Part shown: piece by piece, positions 33,251 to 36,273 of the stretch | How positions within the stretch are numbered: the stretch's first letter is position 1 | Layout: the number at the start of each line of letters is the position of its first letter | DNA from: an archaeon | GTDB taxonomy: Archaea; Aenigmatarchaeota; Aenigmatarchaeia; GW2011-AR5 | NCBI GenBank assembly: GCA_016191585.1 | Contig: JACPVU010000034.1 | Span: 1-36,273 of the forward strand | Length of the DNA stretch: 36,273 bases | Reading direction: 5' to 3' | Made by a program: the position numbers and the translations under genes | The notes under the pieces: model-generated | Told to the model about the DNA's origin: nothing | The model's input: the letters and a program-made list of their open reading frames with translations, nothing else | Database searches by the model: none

Positions 33251-33291
33251 GCAAACCCACAATTCCTGTCGGTATTCTTTTGTGGGTTTGC
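33251..33291. repeat. Perfect 12-bp inverted repeat (GCAAACCCACAA ... TTGTGGGTTTGC) with a 17-nt spacer
   Basis: Read directly from the sequence: 33251-33262 pairs with 33280-33291. It lies between the VIT1 stop (33332) and the metK start (33178), both on the minus strand. ATAGCAAAC half-sites flank it on both sides. Confidence 0.7.
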
Positions 33292-33331
33292 TATAAATCT
33301 GCAGAAAAATATTAAAGCTGATCAAAAATGT

Positions 33332-34042
33332 TTATATGCCCATAACCACGCCAAGGGCCGTTCCAATGCCATAGCCAATAATAGCTGATACCATTCCTAT
33401 TAAAGCCATTTCTATGCCGCCTTTTATTGGACGCCCGACAGTTATCTTGTTCTTTACCATACCAGTTGCGAACAGGGCTATCGTCGAGATTGTTATCGAG
33501 AAAATAATCCCGGTTCCTGTATCCAAGAAGAAGAAAGGCATTATAGGTATGATGGAACCAACAATAGCTGCGATACCTACAACAAACGCCTGCTTCAAAG
33601 GGCTGTCTTTTTCTGGGTATAGATGAAGCTCTTCTTCCATCATCGTGTTGAGCCATATTTTCTTGTTTGACGTGATTTTTCTTACAGCCTGTGCCAGGAG
33701 AGGTCCCCTGAATCCTTTCTTATAGAATATATCCATTATTTCTTTCCTCTCCTTTTCAGGCACTTCTTTCATTTCTCTTTTTTCCCTTTCCAGTTCAGCA
33801 TTATAGAATTCTCTCATGGCCTTTGACGAAGTATATGCGACAGCAGCCATTGATATTGATTCGGCAAACGTCGCGGCAAGGCCTGCAATAATCACGATCC
33901 TTACGTCCTGCGTCGCCGTCGCCAGCGCCAGTATAATGCCAAGAACGTTGACAAGTCCGTCCTGGCCGCCAAGAATCAGTTCCCGCAGCGTGTGGCCTTT
34001 GTTCGAATGCACTTCTTTGTGAATATGCAGTTTGTTGACCAT
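33332..34042 (-). CDS. VIT1/CCC1-family iron/manganese transporter
   Basis: LRELILGGQDGLVNVLGIILALATAT, a central charged helical segment and C-terminal TM helices are typical of the VIT family. Confidence 0.8.
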   Translation of the reverse strand: MVNKLHIHKEVHSNKGHTLRELILGGQDGLVNVLGIILALATATQDVRIVIIAGLAATFAESISMAAVAYTSSKAMREFYNAELEREKREMKEVPEKERKEIMDIFYKKGFRGPLLAQAVRKITSNKKIWLNTMMEEELHLYPEKDSPLKQAFVVGIAAIVGSIIPIMPFFFLDTGTGIIFSITISTIALFATGMVKNKITVGRPIKGGIEMALIGMVSAIIGYGIGTALGVVMGI

Positions 34043-34093
34043 TCTTAACTATTATTTTTCTTGTAATTTAAGGTTTTCATTGCTACTGTTTTT

Positions 34094-34768
34094 ATGAAAT
34101 ACTGGATTGAGCACTCAAAGACATATGATAGGTTTATGACAGCATATCCAAGATACTTATCCATGCTTGATTTTCATAGGCAAGCCCTTCGAAAGTGCAA
34201 TTTAGTGTTAGACAGCGGTGCAGGTACAGGGAATCTTACTCTTGCACTTTTGGAAGATGGCCATAATGTTGTGGCTGCTGACAGCAATGAATATGCACTG
34301 AATATTCTGAAGAGAAAATGCAAGCCTTATATCTCAAGATTGAACGTAGTTAAGATAGATCTATCAAAGAAAACATCATTTTCATCGGATTATTTCGATG
34401 GTGCAGCTTCATGTCTTGTTGTTCCTCTTGTAACTAGACCTGAGCTTTACTTGACAGAAATTTATCGTACCCTGAAGAATGGGGGATATTTTTCTGCTTC
34501 TCCTCTTCTGCCCAAAAAGGGGCTGTTTGATTACCTGATAAATACTTTGGAAACCGACATAAAACATACAGGACTAACAATAAAGTACAGGCCAGAATGG
34601 AAGAAATTTATTGCTTCAGCTAAAGAGAATGCAAAACAAATAATGAAAAAAAGTTTGGAGGCAGAAGAGCTTATGTCGATGCTTGACAGGATAGGTTTTT
34701 CAGAAATAGAGGTTTCTAATGACAGGCTTTTTAATGGATATATAATTTTAGTAAGATGCAGAAAGTGA
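34094..34768 (+). CDS. Class I SAM-dependent methyltransferase
   Basis: Motif I VLDSGAGTGNLTLAL and an acidic post-I motif (VVAADSN). No (D/N)PP(Y/F/W) DNA-methyltransferase motif is present. Confidence 0.75.
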   Translation: MKYWIEHSKTYDRFMTAYPRYLSMLDFHRQALRKCNLVLDSGAGTGNLTLALLEDGHNVVAADSNEYALNILKRKCKPYISRLNVVKIDLSKKTSFSSDYFDGAASCLVVPLVTRPELYLTEIYRTLKNGGYFSASPLLPKKGLFDYLINTLETDIKHTGLTIKYRPEWKKFIASAKENAKQIMKKSLEAEELMSMLDRIGFSEIEVSNDRLFNGYIILVRCRK

Positions 34769-34772
34769 TTGA

Positions 34773-35135
34773 ATGATAGACTTTGACCATATGATTGACA
34801 ACTATCTGAAGAAGGAGCACAGGCCGAAAGGCATGGGAAGATACTATCCAAGCGAGATAGGGTTGTGCATGCGGAAGACGTGGTATTCTTACAAGTTTCC
34901 CCAGGAAACGCAGCCTGACCTGATCAAGGTGTTTGAGGTCGGAAACATAATGCACGATTTTGTTGTTCAGGTTCTGAAGAGCGAGAAAAATCCCGAGGTC
35001 GAGCTCATAAAATCCGAGTTTCCTTTTCACCACCAGGTTGACGATTTCGTCATATCTGGCCGTATCGACAATCTGATTCTCACGTTCTCGGCGTTCACGA
35101 CGGAATATTACTGTACTTGGACAAAAGGAACCTGA
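34773..35135 (+). CDS. Cas4-like PD-(D/E)XK nuclease, N-terminal part (disrupted gene)
   Basis: YYPSEIGLCMRKTWY carries the N-terminal cluster Cys, and VISGRIDNLIL carries the catalytic Asp strand. The frame then reads junk and stops at 35135. Confidence 0.6.
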   Translation: MIDFDHMIDNYLKKEHRPKGMGRYYPSEIGLCMRKTWYSYKFPQETQPDLIKVFEVGNIMHDFVVQVLKSEKNPEVELIKSEFPFHHQVDDFVISGRIDNLILTFSAFTTEYYCTWTKGT

Positions 35136-35341
35136 AGAGCAAGATATTCACGATACCCTACGACAAAGACCAGGCAGAATCAATAATAAACAGGTTCAGG
35201 ATGCTTAACGGTCATTTGAAGGACGAGACCATACCGGTTCCGGAAGCAAGGTCAACAAGAGGCACTATATGGATGTGCAGATTATGTGAATACCGCGACC
35301 GCTGCTATTCAGAGACCTCCAAGGATACAAAATGGATGTAA
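35117..35341 (+). CDS. Cas4-like PD-(D/E)XK nuclease, C-terminal part (frame 2)
   Basis: This frame is open from 35042 and reads ...LGVHDGILLYLDKRNLKSKIFTIPYD...WMCRLCEYRDRCY. The C-x2-C-x5-C pattern is the Cas4-type Fe-S cluster motif. Confidence 0.6.
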   Translation: MDKRNLKSKIFTIPYDKDQAESIINRFRMLNGHLKDETIPVPEARSTRGTIWMCRLCEYRDRCYSETSKDTKWM

Positions 35342-35386
35342 AAATCAATAAGTAAGAGTGTGGAAAAAAATTCAAAACCGAAAAAC

Positions 35387-35479
35387 TTATTTCATCAGAA
35401 GGTATGCAGCTACTATAATAATTATAATGATTATTGCTGCTCCCCATTTCTTTGAAAAACCTTTCTTGTTTGTTTTCAT
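35387..35479 (-). CDS. Possible 30-aa single-TM peptide
   Basis: My own translation gives MKTNKKGFSKKWGAAIIIIIIIVAAYLLMK. It sits in the gap between the nuclease and gdh. The only support is the ORF and its hydrophobic core. Confidence 0.25.
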   Translation of the reverse strand: MKTNKKGFSKKWGAAIIIIIIIVAAYLLMK

Positions 35480-35509
35480 GAATATAATTGGTTTTGCGGG
35501 GTTAAAAAG

Positions 35510-36273
35510 CTAGACCCTGCAAGTCTTGCATTTTTCCAGCACGCGGGACTTTGCGATTTCCATTGCAGCTGCTCTCGGAGTCTTTGTTGAAGACGTTTCT
35601 TTCAGAACCATCCTGACGTTTGTTTTTATCTTCTGTTCGACTGTCTTGAACATCTCGTCAACTGTTCCGCCTTTGTATTCGATATAACTGCTTATTACCC
35701 CGCCCGCGTTTGCCACAAAATCCGGTATGACAAGTATGTCTTTCTTGTGGAGCATTTCTTCTACACTTGACGTCATAGGTATGTTTGATCCTTCGATTAT
35801 CAACTTTGCCTTTATGTTGCTGACGTCACTGGCAATAATGAGGTTTGGAACAGCAGCAGTTATAAGTATATCAGCGTCGACCTTGATTATGTCTTTGTTC
35901 GACAGGACTGTTCCTGGATTGTAGTCTACTACAGAACCGCCTTTCTCCTTTATTTTTTCTAATTTCTCATGGTCAAGTCCTTTCTTATTATAGATGCATC
36001 CCCGCGAATCAGAAGCACATACAAGAGTAGCCCCTGCTTCTGTAAGGAATTTCGAGGCAAACAAGCCAACGTTTCCGTATCCTTCAATGGCAAACGTTGT
36101 TTTCTTTATGTCAATGTCGAGATGGTCAGCTGCTATAAGCGCCGCATGAAAAACACCGAAGCCCGTTGAACCGAGCTCGTGAGGTATGCCGCCCATATCC
36201 TTAGGCTTTCCTGTTGCTGATTTCTTGCTGCCGTTTGCATTAACAAAAACCCTCATTTCTTCCTCGGCCATGT
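35510..36273 (-). CDS. gdhA: Glutamate (Glu/Leu/Phe/Val) dehydrogenase, C-terminal NAD(P)-binding part (5' end outside the window)
   Basis: GGIPHELGSTGFGV and FAIEGYGNVGLFASKFLTEAGATLVCASDSRGCIYNKKGLD (the Rossmann GxGxxG). The ORF is open to the window edge. Confidence 0.85.
   Translation of the reverse strand, partial: MAEEEMRVFVNANGSKKSATGKPKDMGGIPHELGSTGFGVFHAALIAADHLDIDIKKTTFAIEGYGNVGLFASKFLTEAGATLVCASDSRGCIYNKKGLDHEKLEKIKEKGGSVVDYNPGTVLSNKDIIKVDADILITAAVPNLIIASDVSNIKAKLIIEGSNIPMTSSVEEMLHKKDILVIPDFVANAGGVISSYIEYKGGTVDEMFKTVEQKIKTNVRMVLKETSSTKTPRAAAMEIAKSRVLEKCKTCRV

Noticed and set aside
33179-33331. SAM riboswitch in the metK leader
   Set aside because: The only structure is a simple 12-bp hairpin located upstream of the likely TATA box. 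I recognise none of the conserved SAM-I, SAM-II or SAM-III junction sequences.
34094-35341. Methyltransferase plus PD-(D/E)XK nuclease read as a restriction-modification system
   Set aside because: The methyltransferase has only small-molecule class I motifs, with no (D/N)PP(Y/F/W) motif and no target-recognition domain. The nuclease has the Cas4-type four-Cys cluster and appears disrupted.
1-36273. CRISPR arrays, transposases, integrases, rRNA or tRNA genes
   Set aside because: I found no regularly spaced direct repeats and no recognisable transposase, integrase or structured-RNA signatures anywhere in the window. The only mobile element is the intein.

Overview
This 36.3 kb window reads as an archaeal chromosomal segment from a small, A+T-rich genome, plausibly DPANN-like. 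That lineage call is my inference from gene content: mre11-rad50, SepF, NreA, RtcB plus archease, THUMP/ThiI, GGTG-type ribosome-binding sites and TTTAAATA-type TATA boxes. About 45 protein genes are packed tightly on both strands. I found no rRNA, tRNA, CRISPR array, transposase or integrase.

Recognisable genes:
- DNA repair and nucleic-acid processing: mre11 (5' partial), rad50, an RNase HIII-like gene, NreA, a Cas4-like PD-(D/E)XK nuclease, and RtcB carrying a LAGLIDADG intein, with archease about 3 kb downstream.
- RNA modification and cell division: a THUMP protein, ThiI, SepF and a small histone-fold-like protein.
- Oxidative stress and transport: peroxiredoxin plus Fe/Mn-SOD, an MFS transporter, an EamA transporter and a VIT1 transporter.
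- Secreted proteins and regulation: a beta-propeller protein, PadR, and a lipoprotein SNase fused to a lamin-tail domain.
- Other: VapBC, two GT2 glycosyltransferases, bacterial-type MetK, a SAM methyltransferase and glutamate dehydrogenase (partial at the 3' window edge).

Two observations stand out:
1. A six-gene co-directional inositol operon (19873-24659) encodes inositol-phosphate synthase, an IMPase-family phosphatase, two CDP-alcohol phosphatidyltransferases (one with a degenerate catalytic motif), a PfkB kinase and a small ATP-grasp enzyme. A convergent PHP phosphoesterase follows. No cytidylyltransferase is present, so the set matches neither the canonical archaetidylinositol pathway nor the di-myo-inositol-phosphate pathway.
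2. Five genes are broken. rad50, metK and the Cas4-like nuclease each carry an out-of-frame internal deletion that removes a catalytic segment but leaves both ends recognisable. nreA and the N-terminal block of the rtcB intein each carry a 1-nt frameshift. This is either real gene decay or assembly error, and only read-level data can decide.
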